Positions 53,401 to 62,357 of a stretch of 62,357 nt of DNA are shown here, piece after piece. Position 1 is the stretch's first letter. Each line of letters starts with the position of its first letter. The notes under the pieces are model-generated. The model saw nothing but the letters and a program-made list of their open reading frames with translations. It had not been told where the DNA came from and made no database searches. A program made the position numbers and the translations under genes. The stretch lies in sequence record OQ319938.1; one strand, given 5' to 3'. This stretch comes from Pseudomonas phage 20Sep420.

Positions 53401-56400
53401 GCATGTTGACGTACACACCGTCGCGGGAGCCGGACGTACCACCGGACTGAGTGTTCGGCGAAACCTGATACAGGCCATTGCCGCCGCTCAGAAGTTTGCG
53501 ACCAATCAGCGCGAACATATTCGGGCCGAGTGCAGAAACGTCCTGAGCAGCCATGCCAGCATCGATCAAGTTGGCTCGCATCTTGATCACATTGGCATCT
53601 GTGGACGTACCGATGTTGCCAAACGCATCCGAAGTGTAGATCAGGAACCACGTATTCGGAGTCATCGCGTCATACCACGCGTTGAATCGAATGGCGTTGT
53701 TTACCAAGTCACCATAGGTGTCGAACACCTGGGTATCGGCAAAGGTGTTATCGGTCTTGATCGTAGCGACTCGGATGCCGCGAGAAGCGCCAAGGCCCGG
53801 ATATGCGCTGCCATTCGCACGGTACACGCCGGACGAACGAGGGGCACCGGACGGCGACGAGCTAATCGAGGAACTCGCAATCACGCTGTAATTAACAGCG
53901 TCGCCGATGTTGCTATTCAGCTTAGTCACCGACTGAGCTGTGGATTCTGCCTTTCCTTCTACATTGGTAACACGAAGGGTCAGCGCTTCGAGGGCCGCAG
54001 CGCTGGCCTTGTCGCCCACGATGGCCGTCAGGGAATCGATGCGCTGGCCCAGGGCTTCGTCAGCACTCACCATAGCCTGCTGAAGCTGCGTCACCGACGC
54101 CTCGCTGGCTACCTTGCCGTTACCGGCTGGCATGCGTGCTGTGAGAGCCTGGATGGCCTGTGCGTTGACCCTATCGCCGTCGATACGTGCGTTCTTCTCC
54201 GACGCGATGAGGCCCTGCTGTACGCCAGCAACATCGCTGCCTTCATAGTCGCCGCGCATCTGCACACCGAGCGTCTCACGCTTCAGTGCCTCGGTAGTAT
54301 CAGCTGCGATTCGAGCCTGGGCCTCTTCCTGCACCATAGCCACAGAGGCGCCGGGAGTCGGGCGACCGATAGCAATCCAGTCGAACTCGATGCTGTTGGT
54401 ATCAGTCTGCTGCCCGGTGAAGGTAAAGCGGATGGCACGGATCGGCGAACCGCTGTTCCAGGGAAGGTCAGCGTGTTCGATGTTGCCGATGCCGTTGGAG
54501 TTCCATGTCGGCTCAGTGATAGTGACCGACTTTGCGTCATTCCAGTTCTGATCCGCCTCAGTGATCCAGCGGACAAGGCCGAGCCACTGCGGATTACCCT
54601 TGCGGCGAACGCGAGTCTTGATGAAGCGATAGGCAGCACCATCGACCGAGATAACCGGCGACTGGATACCAGTGTTCTGACCAGAAGTGTTGTTCGCCGG
54701 ACGCAGCCAGCCGTCAACAATCGTCGGGGTTCCGTACACGCCGGACCATCCCTCGACAGTCTTGTCGAAGTACCACATGCTGTTCGGGGCCTGATCGAAC
54801 TGTTCGCCGCTACCAGCACTGATGCTGGAAATCATGCGGGTCAGATTCTCAACGTCAGTCTCACGGGCTTCCTTCTCTTCCGTGATCTTGGTCGTCAGGT
54901 TGACTTCGGTATTCAAGTCACCCGCAACACGGTCCAGGATTTCCTGCGCAAGGCCGTTGGTATTCTGTGCGATCTGACCAGCCTGCTGGCTGATGGCGTT
55001 CGCGTTCTCAGTGATACGCTGACCCAGGGCATCGTTTACAGCCTTCAGGTCTTCAGCGGCCTTCTTTGCGGTTTCAATGTCACCGTCGATTCGGTCGTTG
55101 ATTTCCTTTTCAAGATCGGTCTTTACGTTCTCAACACCGGAAATCGCATTATCGACGTTCTCGCCGATATCAGCGCGAAGCGTCTTGCTGAAGTAGCGCA
55201 TACCGCCCGACAGTTCGCCGGAAGTGTTGCGCGAACGGCAAGCGAAGGTCCACAGGCCAGCAGGCGGCAGGACTGCCTCAACGGCGCTGGTGAAGAAGCC
55301 GTCTTCATCGCCCAGCGGAATCATGCTGTCCCACACCGGAACGCCAGTGGTGGCGCCAGCGATGTATCGAATCTCAACGCCATCGAAGTCCGGGGACATG
55401 GTGGTCGTCTGGAAGCCCCAGGTATAGCGACGGATGCCGCCAACCTTGTCCTCTACATCGAACAGGTCAACCAGCGCCGGACCGCCGCCCATCGTCTGCG
55501 GCAGGTATTCGATGCGAGCGGGCTTGCCCGGTACACCGCCAATGCTGTTCGGCACGACAACAAACGTATAGGTCTGCAAGTAGTCGAGGCGGAACGTGTG
55601 GCTACGGGTTGTCAGGTTCGACCCTACCTGCGTAAGGATGCCGTCCGGGCCAGCCATGTATACGTTGCAGTCACGCACATTGCCAACCACTTCCCATGTC
55701 AGCTGACATTCGGTGAAGCGGGTGTTGCCCTGGATCACCTGATAGTCGTTCGCCAACAGGTTCTGAACCTGCGGATCGGTCAGCGACGAAGCATTGTCCG
55801 GGCGCTGATACTGGCCGCGATAGACGTAGTTCCAGAATTCCGGACCTTCCCATACGACAGCGACCTTAGCCAGCTGATCGAAGTCCGGATCGATGCTGAC
55901 CACACGAACCGGGTAGCCCGGAGTCGCCTTGAAGTCGTACATCCAGATGAAGTTCGGTGCCTGATCCGCAGTCGGGAACGGCATGTCGCTCGGCCACACG
56001 TCGCCGGTAGCGCCCGGACCCTGGCGCAGGATCAGCGTGTTCGAAGTGCCGGAGAACGGCTCAACGTGGAAGATGCGGCACACACGCTCGCCCAGCGCAC
56101 GAACACCCAGGAACGGGGTCGGGAACTCCGGCACCGGCTCATCCAGCACGATCTGCACGCGACCGCCGCTGATGCGCGTAGCGGACACCACGCGGCCACC
56201 GAAGCCCCACTGCGTCAGGTCATGCTGAAGCATCAGCTTGTCCATGCGCTTGTAGCTCAGTGCCTCGGCAGCAGTGCCGTAACTGATATCCTTGTACTGG
56301 AACAGGGACTGGCCCAGGAAGTAGCGCGCCAGAGTAGCGGCGTGTTCCGGATCGGTAACACCCTCGCCGGTCAGCGTAGCCGGATTGATCGGGTCGATGG

Positions 56401-58111
56401 TCGAGGTCGGCGACTTGACGCGAACGGTTTCGGTCTTGTCGGTGGTCTTGTTGTAGTAGGTGTATTCGATACCGTCAGCAGCATTCGCCAGCGTGTACGA
56501 CACTTCGAACGAAGCATCGGTCATCGTCGCCATGTTGACGACACCGGTAAACGGCTGGTCTTCTGCTGCCCAGGTAGCGGCCCACTTTCCGCCAGCTGTG
56601 GTCATCTGTCCCATAGCCACATTGGCAATGGACTGGATGACGTTCTCATGGCTGCGCTTGTCGGTGATCCAGTGGCGGTACTCGAACTTGTGTTCGGCAC
56701 AATGCAGCATGAAAGCCTTCAGGCTCTCAATGTCGATTTCTTCATCGGGCAGGCCCATGCCCGCCAGCAGTTCGCCGTCGTCGGAGTAGATGCCGCGCAG
56801 GTACTGAAGAATCTGTGCGCCTGGGTTCGAGGTCGTCTTCGTCTCCCAGGTCGTGCCGTTCCACACCGGAGTCGGCTTTGCCGTTGCGTGAGTGGTCAAC
56901 TCATTCGGTGCACCGTTCAGCTGCCCCGACGCCTTCATGTTGATGCCGATACGCGGGATGAAGCTGTAATCAGTCGGGTCCGGTCGGGCCGTGATGATCG
57001 AAGTCAGCTGGAAGGACTGCTGGTCACTGTTGCCGGTGCTGTTGCGACCCAGGGCCTGCACTTCAATATCGTACATGCCTTCCGGAACTTCGAAGCGATA
57101 TTCGGTGCGGTGTTCCTTCTTATCGATATTACGAATCGAATAGTCGCGCTGGGTCCAGTCGTTCGTACCGGTCGGACGGTAACGGATGCGGATGGTTTCC
57201 TGGTTGTACGAATCCTTGCCCTTTCGGGTAACACCGTACAGCGTCCACGCGACACCAACAGAGAACATGATGGTGTTCGCGCCAGTGGTTCGATTGATGA
57301 CAGGACCCGGAGTGCCCTTGTCATCAGCCGACAGCTTACCACCCGGAAGCTCGAAGGTATTCGTCAGCATCGGAATATCGACCGACGGCATACCGCTGAA
57401 ATTGTTGTGGTAGACCTTCACGTCCTGATAATCGGACAGCGGCGTGGTGCCGTTCATGAAGGGTCCGACACTGTGGACGTTGAAGCCCGGCGTCAGGATC
57501 ATGTCCAGGTACTGATCGTCACCCTGGAAGTAACCATACGGGCGAGACAGCACGTCCGGGGAAATCTTCACGTCTTCGCCGAACAGCAGGCCGAACGGCT
57601 CATAGGGCCGCATTCGGTTGTTCGTACCGTTCAGCGAATTGAGCCGTGATGTGTCCTGGGCAGCAGGTGTCTCCTGCTTCGGCCCCAGCACCTTCTGGAT
57701 CAGCATTGCGCCTACCATGTAGACGGCTGTCGCGGCCAGGGTAGCGGCCATCGAACCCATACCAGCGGCCATCGCGGCGCCGTACACGGAGAACGCAGCC
57801 GCAGCGCCGATGCCGAAGGTGAAGACGGTCAGCGCGACCATTGCGACGATCATCAGAACCGACTTACCGGCTACGTCACCGCGCAGTTCGATCAGCTGTC
57901 CGTCCTTCGGGAAGGTGGTGAACCAGTCCTGGCGCTCCACAACTTCACCGTTTACAACGGCAACCCACTTGCCTTCATCGAGACCCGGCACATGGCGATT
58001 CAGGAAGGCATAAAGCGATTCCCCCGGACGCAAGTCCAGGGGAACATTCTTCTGCCCTGCCAGCGCAACCGGGTTCGGGGTCAGGATGAAGCGGGATTCG
58101 TTGTGATCCAT
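50453..58111 (-). CDS. fused tail-tip assembly protein I and host-specificity protein J-like central fibre, 2552 aa
   Basis: N-terminus has a lambda gpI-like architecture: a ubiquitin-like region, then a Gly/Ala-rich hydrophobic segment. Then a J-like body with repeated SLTTRV..EGK..SxAxSVTxL linkers and beta-rich domains. Confidence 0.75.
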   Translation of the reverse strand: MDHNESRFILTPNPVALAGQKNVPLDLRPGESLYAFLNRHVPGLDEGKWVAVVNGEVVERQDWFTTFPKDGQLIELRGDVAGKSVLMIVAMVALTVFTFGIGAAAAFSVYGAAMAAGMGSMAATLAATAVYMVGAMLIQKVLGPKQETPAAQDTSRLNSLNGTNNRMRPYEPFGLLFGEDVKISPDVLSRPYGYFQGDDQYLDMILTPGFNVHSVGPFMNGTTPLSDYQDVKVYHNNFSGMPSVDIPMLTNTFELPGGKLSADDKGTPGPVINRTTGANTIMFSVGVAWTLYGVTRKGKDSYNQETIRIRYRPTGTNDWTQRDYSIRNIDKKEHRTEYRFEVPEGMYDIEVQALGRNSTGNSDQQSFQLTSIITARPDPTDYSFIPRIGINMKASGQLNGAPNELTTHATAKPTPVWNGTTWETKTTSNPGAQILQYLRGIYSDDGELLAGMGLPDEEIDIESLKAFMLHCAEHKFEYRHWITDKRSHENVIQSIANVAMGQMTTAGGKWAATWAAEDQPFTGVVNMATMTDASFEVSYTLANAADGIEYTYYNKTTDKTETVRVKSPTSTIDPINPATLTGEGVTDPEHAATLARYFLGQSLFQYKDISYGTAAEALSYKRMDKLMLQHDLTQWGFGGRVVSATRISGGRVQIVLDEPVPEFPTPFLGVRALGERVCRIFHVEPFSGTSNTLILRQGPGATGDVWPSDMPFPTADQAPNFIWMYDFKATPGYPVRVVSIDPDFDQLAKVAVVWEGPEFWNYVYRGQYQRPDNASSLTDPQVQNLLANDYQVIQGNTRFTECQLTWEVVGNVRDCNVYMAGPDGILTQVGSNLTTRSHTFRLDYLQTYTFVVVPNSIGGVPGKPARIEYLPQTMGGGPALVDLFDVEDKVGGIRRYTWGFQTTTMSPDFDGVEIRYIAGATTGVPVWDSMIPLGDEDGFFTSAVEAVLPPAGLWTFACRSRNTSGELSGGMRYFSKTLRADIGENVDNAISGVENVKTDLEKEINDRIDGDIETAKKAAEDLKAVNDALGQRITENANAISQQAGQIAQNTNGLAQEILDRVAGDLNTEVNLTTKITEEKEARETDVENLTRMISSISAGSGEQFDQAPNSMWYFDKTVEGWSGVYGTPTIVDGWLRPANNTSGQNTGIQSPVISVDGAAYRFIKTRVRRKGNPQWLGLVRWITEADQNWNDAKSVTITEPTWNSNGIGNIEHADLPWNSGSPIRAIRFTFTGQQTDTNSIEFDWIAIGRPTPGASVAMVQEEAQARIAADTTEALKRETLGVQMRGDYEGSDVAGVQQGLIASEKNARIDGDRVNAQAIQALTARMPAGNGKVASEASVTQLQQAMVSADEALGQRIDSLTAIVGDKASAAALEALTLRVTNVEGKAESTAQSVTKLNSNIGDAVNYSVIASSSISSSPSGAPRSSGVYRANGSAYPGLGASRGIRVATIKTDNTFADTQVFDTYGDLVNNAIRFNAWYDAMTPNTWFLIYTSDAFGNIGTSTDANVIKMRANLIDAGMAAQDVSALGPNMFALIGRKLLSGGNGLYQVSPNTQSGGTSGSRDGVYVNMPFSLLGGVPMQQGDNARLSAATSAAAEAVQSLTTRVAETEGKVESMAESVTSLTAKSNIALIGSGSNMWQNPTFMYGIDPWAAITGSNVTWVSGGGQQGSALKMERITGTVSAAVASNLRTWTSIEVGPLGRRIQQTVIARSLTGGNSRLLIRLRVRSGAGESNNDQFVTVTPDWQRFTVVHPIGDDRNEIMGELHLGADNAIGTAIAIDRFEAFDITQEGRIDANAGAISSLQASVKTIGDTTNANAQNIVKLNSQVGVVINGGNNLFPMGSFEQGTDGEQATGAQAGGTTFTYRAASRRTGKIGLGISIAQGNSSNADLYIGEYIPVQARRRIRVTYYIRLRSDSADPTTTTFGCGWHSQDANGTSSNWPRANINLSTLVASKGQWVRVQNVMETSGAADRWRMFLGVPASGRENGILIDVDDLTYEDITDAEKAQQDATAAANAVSSLTTEVERVGNKVDAQAQQITTLETSMNGFLSMGDNLIVNPGFDGGLAPWVMNGQNNAGVKWDATYGDGRPGVELNKSTAANPGIRANNAKWQALEANTRRIRVVIRARGVSGTGNIMVRLNRRNTANQTAYQDRTNTFNVGAAFDTKNYDFDAFPGGTNGYMIEVYQYPNGGVTRIDSISAYDITNAVAIDATASAVSGLTTRVQTVEGVASANAQAITQLNTKMGDFNSSVWTQMQSDIKQTKDTTTTLSQRVDGVVASVDGKADASVVQRIEASVSTVGNTNLMQNASFADGTAIANRMGGWSPDGVTGYNNYQGQWYNDSGIPYGCFALIQAGVLNKAGSVWSWLDVPVKEGNDYMVSAYVSGSLRFAQITIEWKRWDDHTLGIMSTSEITPPGGGGFPGYVRPYVRGKAPAGTAYARVIFKSRAGQAGNSFLRWVQPMLEESPEAQTKPSGWNAGGLESRASWEINMRTDNRIAGLKLSMQNTVSSFDVIADVFRISKPEGGARTEFSDGNWRVYDGNGVLRVRMGVW

Positions 58112-58494
58112 GAGTAATAGCCTTCGATTCTCAATCGGGCTGATGCCAGGTCTCGAACGCGGGTAGTGATACTCCCGACTAATTCATCCTGTGCATGCAG
58201 AATATAAGGTTCGTTCGCGAGGAAGAAGTAAACACCAACATGGCTAAACTTCTTATTCGGGAATTCGCTCATCAATACAAGATCACCATCTTGCGGAGCG
58301 TCCGTCTCGGTCACGTATGCGCGTGAAAGTTCACCCAGCCGCGCTTGGCCGATTCTACCACGCGGGCGCCGAGACGGAAGAACGATATCCCGCCCGAATA
58401 GCTCGGCCTGCACCTTGACCACAAGGTCCGCGCAGTCGAACGTCTTCGGGCAGTATGGCAAGCCGATAAACGGCGTCACCTGGGACAGTTTCAT
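58081..58494 (-). CDS. tail assembly protein K-like, NlpC/P60 domain
   Basis: Cys in DCADLV, His in HVGVYF, and a second His. Position before the I/J gene. Confidence 0.55.
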   Translation of the reverse strand: MKLSQVTPFIGLPYCPKTFDCADLVVKVQAELFGRDIVLPSRRPRGRIGQARLGELSRAYVTETDAPQDGDLVLMSEFPNKKFSHVGVYFFLANEPYILHAQDELVGSITTRVRDLASARLRIEGYYSWITTNPASS

Positions 58495-58958
58495 CAGTGA
58501 ATGCCCGGCGCGTAGAACGGGGACATACGGCGCTTCACTGCCTGCTGATTCGCCAGATACTTGAAACCGCAGCGAGCCGTAATCAGCTGCATATTCGCGG
58601 TAAGGTTCGTGATCGGCAGATTGAAGCGGAAGGCTTCGACGTTCGGGGTATTGCGGCTGGTGATGATGATTCGAGCCTTCAGGATTTCGTTCGGGCCAAG
58701 GGCCTCGATATCCTGCATCATGTCACGACCAACGTTGTCGATTTCGAGAGTGGCTTCCTGCATACCACTGTCGTTGTCGGACGGCTGGCGGAAACGGAAC
58801 GGGTAGCCGATATACTCGTTACCCTGGTGCGTCCAGTTCTTGTTGTCGTTCACCAGTCGGAGAACGGTCGGATCGACAGGTGAACGAACTTCCAGCAGCA
58901 TCAGGATGCCACCTTCGTGATCGTTTACCTTCTGCAAGTTTTCGAGGAACGTAGCCAT
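58494..58958 (-). CDS. minor tail protein L-like, 154 aa
   Basis: ATGA overlap with the M-like gene. Position. The tool ORF extends to 59006. Confidence 0.4.
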   Translation of the reverse strand: MATFLENLQKVNDHEGGILMLLEVRSPVDPTVLRLVNDNKNWTHQGNEYIGYPFRFRQPSDNDSGMQEATLEIDNVGRDMMQDIEALGPNEILKARIIITSRNTPNVEAFRFNLPITNLTANMQLITARCGFKYLANQQAVKRRMSPFYAPGIH

Positions 58959-59320
58959 CAGCCTTCCATATATTCGATAGTGACGGTTCGCATGAAGGAG
59001 AACCATGCGGATGAGGTCGGAACCTTTGATCCGATATCACCCTCTTTGAATCGGGCGTTTCGAATGAGCGTCTTCGTACCCGGATGGACGAAATCGAAGA
59101 ATCCGATCCGGCCAATTGTGGTCATGTACCACGTCATGAACTCATCGTGATCCGCAGCGCGCTTGAAGTACAGCGTGCATTTGACCTCAATAATGACACG
59201 GGAGTTTTTGATGCGCTGCACCGGATAGCTGCGGTCCATGTCGGTTCGCAGCACACTCGGAAGCAGTTTTTCGTCGTAATTGTCGGCGAGCATAATCGCC
59301 GACTCAGGAAGCGTTGCCAT
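58958..59320 (-). CDS. minor tail protein M-like, 120 aa
   Basis: Directly after the tape measure gene. Confidence 0.4.
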   Translation of the reverse strand: MATLPESAIMLADNYDEKLLPSVLRTDMDRSYPVQRIKNSRVIIEVKCTLYFKRAADHDEFMTWYMTTIGRIGFFDFVHPGTKTLIRNARFKEGDIGSKVPTSSAWFSFMRTVTIEYMEG

Positions 59321-62300
59321 TATCCCACCGCTGGTTTAAGGCCAAAGGTATTCTTCGCTGCGGTATACACCGGGCCACTGCGGTTGGCGAACTGGTTCGC
59401 GACTTCACCGGCAGCTGCCTTCAGGAAAATATCGATGTTCATATTACCGTTCGCGTCGGTGTTGGCCTGTGCATCAGCATCCTGCTGACCGTCAGCACCA
59501 TATACGTTCACAGTAACAGAACCGTTCGTGTTGCCAGCGGCCTTTACGCCAAGGCGACCGGACGAATCACGGGCCAGGGGCATGATTGCTTCAGCGCCCT
59601 TTTCCGCCATCGAGCCATTGTGGTCGAACACGCCGCCGTTAGCAAACTGGAAAGTGCGGTATCCGTTGACCACACGGTTGCTGCTGTCGGACAGGCCGGT
59701 ACCACCAGCGAACACGTTACCGTTGAACGATTTCTTGTTCGAGCCTGCGGTGCTGATGGACTGGTTCACTGCCATGCCCATGCCACCACCGGGGAACAGC
59801 GAGCCGATAATACCAGCGATGGCTTTCTGTGCCGCAATTCTAGCGAGGTCGGCAATGATGCTGCGAGCGAAGTCCGAGAACGAGAACTTGCCAGTGGTCA
59901 CGAAGCGCACGAACGCATCTTCGGCACCCTTGAACGCATTGCTCATCAGGTCCTTCGTCTGACGTGCGCCATCGGTCATGTTCCGCACGTACTCATTGGT
60001 AGCCGCTCGCCAACCAACAGTCCAGTCGTCACGCATCGAAGCCAAGTCCGCCTGATGCTGACGTTCGTTTTCCAGGCGACGACCGTACTCTTCCTTGATG
60101 CGCTCAGTCTGAGCAAGACGCTCGGCCTCATCCTTAGCCACATTGGACTGGCGCAGCTTGTCGAGTTCGTCGGCGTACCACTGGTCGATTTCCAGTCGTC
60201 GGCGCATGCGGTTCATCGCATCGCTGTCGGCTGTCATCCCAATGATTTCCATGCGGTTCGCGTTGTTCTGATTAGCTGCCTGGGCACGCAGTGTGTTGTC
60301 CAGGCGAATCATTCGTTCCTTGACAGCAGCCTCTCGTTCCAGGGCGGCCTTCTTCTCGCCGGACAGCTTCATCGCTTCCATTGCGGAGCGAATCTCATCC
60401 TGGCGGGACTTGGACAGCTTGTTGCCCATTTCGGCGAGGTACGCAGTGGCTTCAGCAAGCAGTCGCTCGCTCTCGGTCAGCTGCTTGTCCGTTTCAAGGC
60501 GAGCCTCGTTCAGGACGTTCTGCTTCTTCAGGCGGTCGAGCATCGACTGACTGCCGTCGCTCGGACCCTTCGGAGTCTTTTCCTTGTTCTTGGCATCATA
60601 AGCAGCCATCAGCGCATTGATGCGCTTCTGCGCCTCGATGCCTTTAAGACCTGCCTCTTCAACCAGTTTCTTTACCTTGGCCTCTTCCATCTGTCGAGCG
60701 ACGGACTTGTCCAAAGTGGCGCTGTACTCGCGCAGAGCGTCCTGGCCCTTGATGCGGGCAATGCGCAGTTCTTCTTCTGCCTGTCGGTTGGCTTCAATCT
60801 GCGCACGATTCTCCGCGTATCGCTTACGCAGATCATCCAGTCCATCGCCTTCAGTCACACCGAAGTAGTCAGACGCACTTCGTCCGAGCGCACCCAGCTG
60901 ACCGAAATTGCGCTTGATCCCCTCTCCCATTTCCGCACGCTTGGCACGGTCAACTTCCTGGGTGTAGGCAATCACGTCGCCAATCATCGACCCCCAGAAC
61001 TTTCCGTGCACCGTAGCCGCATTGACCACAGTAGCGGTGAAGTCGCCTACTGAAGTCGTTGCGTCAGACACCCACTTCTTAGTGTCCTCCCACAGCTGCT
61101 TGCCAGGGCCTCGCGCATCCTCGATAGCCTTCGAAACCTTGTTCTGATGGTCGAGGTAGATTCGCAACGCTTCGGTAACTGCCTGCTGACCCTTACCTTC
61201 GGCTTCGAGCGCACGCACTCGCTCCCACTGAGCAGCCGACAGGAAATGTTCCTGCTGGTTCAGCTGGTCCAGAGCCTGTACCGGATCGCGTGCGATTCGT
61301 TCGTACTTCTCAACGATATCATCAAGGGCGGCACCAGTTGCAGCACCGAATCGCGCTGCTGTTACACTGGCTTCCTTGAACATTTCGGAACTGATGCGAC
61401 CGCTACGTGCGATGGCGGTCATCGCTTCGGCGCCACGTGCGAACGAAGTACCAGCGTCCTTGCCGATGGCCGAAGCCAAGTCGTCAAACGACTCCTTCGT
61501 CACACCAACCCAATTGTTTGTCTCGCGCAGAGCAACGTTGAAATCCTTGCTCATGGAGACATAGCGATCCATCGCCAAGTAACCAGCCACCAGCGCGGCA
61601 GTCACAGCGACAATCGGGTTAGCCAGGAATCGGGCCGACATGATCGCGATCTGCTTCGCCAGCTGACCAAGGCTGACGTTCATCATCTGCGCAATGCCGT
61701 ACAGCTGCGCACCCTGCTGGATGAACACAGTCATCGGGCGCTGACCGGATGCGAGGCCGACTGCAATATCCTGCAACTGATACGATACGTTGACCATATG
61801 CATGCGGTTGGCTTCCGCAGCACCGGACAGCTTCTGCTGTTCCTTCGTGAAGTTGGCTGTCTCACGCGAAGCATTCTGACTCGCGGTGTTGACCTGGGCT
61901 GTGGCCTTCGCTGCACGCTCCTGTGCGTTCGCCCGGCGCTCGATGGCCTGGGACAGCTTGTCCTCAACCTGGGCCTGCTGCGCGGCCAGCGTGGCGGCTT
62001 TCTGAGCCTCCGTGGCGGCTTTCGCCTGCAACAGCTGGGTCCGAGCCGTCTCAGTCGCGACCTTCTGTCGAGCAAGCAACAGCTTCTGTTCGGATTGCAG
62101 CGCACGCGCCTGCGCTCCACTAAGGGTCGAAGCACTGGCCGCTGCATCGCGCTGCGACTTAGCGAGGTTCGCCGACGCTGTGGCAAGGCCGGACTTTGCC
62201 TTTTGGAACTCGCCTCGCGAAACAAGGCGCAGGGCGTCCTGCAAGCCCTTTGTGGACTTCGCGGCTTGGTCAGCAGCAATGCCAAGCTGCTGCATGTTCT

Positions 62301-62355
62301 TGGTAGCGGTCGTGGTACCCTGATCGCGTACCTGAATGTCAATAATATCGGCCAC
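59320..62355 (-). CDS. tail tape measure protein, N-terminally truncated by the window edge
   Basis: More than 1011 aa, highly alpha-helical and coiled-coil, Ala/Gln/Glu-rich. Upstream of the M-L-K-I/J genes. The start at 62355 is merely the first in-frame GTG in the window. Confidence 0.75.
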   Translation of the reverse strand: MADIIDIQVRDQGTTTATKNMQQLGIAADQAAKSTKGLQDALRLVSRGEFQKAKSGLATASANLAKSQRDAAASASTLSGAQARALQSEQKLLLARQKVATETARTQLLQAKAATEAQKAATLAAQQAQVEDKLSQAIERRANAQERAAKATAQVNTASQNASRETANFTKEQQKLSGAAEANRMHMVNVSYQLQDIAVGLASGQRPMTVFIQQGAQLYGIAQMMNVSLGQLAKQIAIMSARFLANPIVAVTAALVAGYLAMDRYVSMSKDFNVALRETNNWVGVTKESFDDLASAIGKDAGTSFARGAEAMTAIARSGRISSEMFKEASVTAARFGAATGAALDDIVEKYERIARDPVQALDQLNQQEHFLSAAQWERVRALEAEGKGQQAVTEALRIYLDHQNKVSKAIEDARGPGKQLWEDTKKWVSDATTSVGDFTATVVNAATVHGKFWGSMIGDVIAYTQEVDRAKRAEMGEGIKRNFGQLGALGRSASDYFGVTEGDGLDDLRKRYAENRAQIEANRQAEEELRIARIKGQDALREYSATLDKSVARQMEEAKVKKLVEEAGLKGIEAQKRINALMAAYDAKNKEKTPKGPSDGSQSMLDRLKKQNVLNEARLETDKQLTESERLLAEATAYLAEMGNKLSKSRQDEIRSAMEAMKLSGEKKAALEREAAVKERMIRLDNTLRAQAANQNNANRMEIIGMTADSDAMNRMRRRLEIDQWYADELDKLRQSNVAKDEAERLAQTERIKEEYGRRLENERQHQADLASMRDDWTVGWRAATNEYVRNMTDGARQTKDLMSNAFKGAEDAFVRFVTTGKFSFSDFARSIIADLARIAAQKAIAGIIGSLFPGGGMGMAVNQSISTAGSNKKSFNGNVFAGGTGLSDSSNRVVNGYRTFQFANGGVFDHNGSMAEKGAEAIMPLARDSSGRLGVKAAGNTNGSVTVNVYGADGQQDADAQANTDANGNMNIDIFLKAAAGEVANQFANRSGPVYTAAKNTFGLKPAVG

Positions 62356-62357
62356 GA

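Noticed and set aside
51191-57649. A 2152-aa ORF free of stop codons on the plus strand, antisense to the J-like gene.
   Set aside because: It is Arg/Ser/Leu/Val-rich low-complexity sequence with no sensible start context. It runs in register opposite a strongly GC3-biased gene, where TTA, CTA and TCA codons are rare. That is a classic shadow ORF.
58494-59006. A longer form of the L-like gene starting at 59006.
   Set aside because: That start would overlap the M-like gene by 48 nt in another frame. The ATG at 58958 forms a standard ATGA junction.
1-62357. CRISPR arrays, integrase, transposase, insertion sequences, and rRNA.
   Set aside because: I scanned for regularly spaced direct repeats, for tyrosine and serine recombinase motifs, and for terminal inverted repeats. 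None was found.

Overview
This window reads as a nearly complete genome of a tailed dsDNA phage of a Gram-negative host. GC content is about 57 percent, and genes overlap tightly with many ATGA and TAATG junctions. No CRISPR array, integrase, transposase or rRNA gene was found.

The window divides into three blocks.

1. Minus strand, 1..21436 (transcribed right to left). First come roughly 25 small middle genes of unknown function. Among them are a homologue of the HslV/proteasome beta subunit, an ArdA-like acidic protein, and a Holliday-junction resolvase of the Hjc type. Next is a lysis cassette: an M15 peptidase endolysin, two membrane proteins that look like holins, and an Rz spanin with an embedded Rz1 lipoprotein. 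Then follow TerS, TerL, portal, scaffold, major capsid, an Ig-like head protein, neck proteins, a 505-aa major tail protein, and a G/GT tail chaperone pair with a GGGAAAC -1 frameshift site.

2. A switch and origin-like region, 21437..22367, leading into the plus-strand early/replication block 22368..49140. The block opens with a tandem four-member family of small paralogous proteins and many other small early proteins. It also encodes a small P-loop protein, dCMP deaminase, an AlpA-like HTH protein, a prim-pol primase with a C-terminal P-loop domain, a MazG-like protein, tRNA-Thr(UGU) and an ATP-dependent DNA ligase. A recombination module follows: a Sak4-like ATPase, a putative SSB with a Pro/Ala-rich tail, and a Cas4-like nuclease. 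After an SF2 helicase comes a roughly 550-nt structured noncoding region that ends in a terminator, then a sliding-clamp-like protein and a family-B DNA polymerase.

3. Minus strand, 49200..62355, holding a lambda-like tail tip module. It starts with a tape measure protein that is cut off by the window edge. Then come M-like, L-like and K-like (NlpC/P60) proteins, a 2552-aa fused I-J host-specificity protein, and three small fibre-associated proteins.

Function calls rest on motifs I can see in the translations and on gene order. I ran no database searches.
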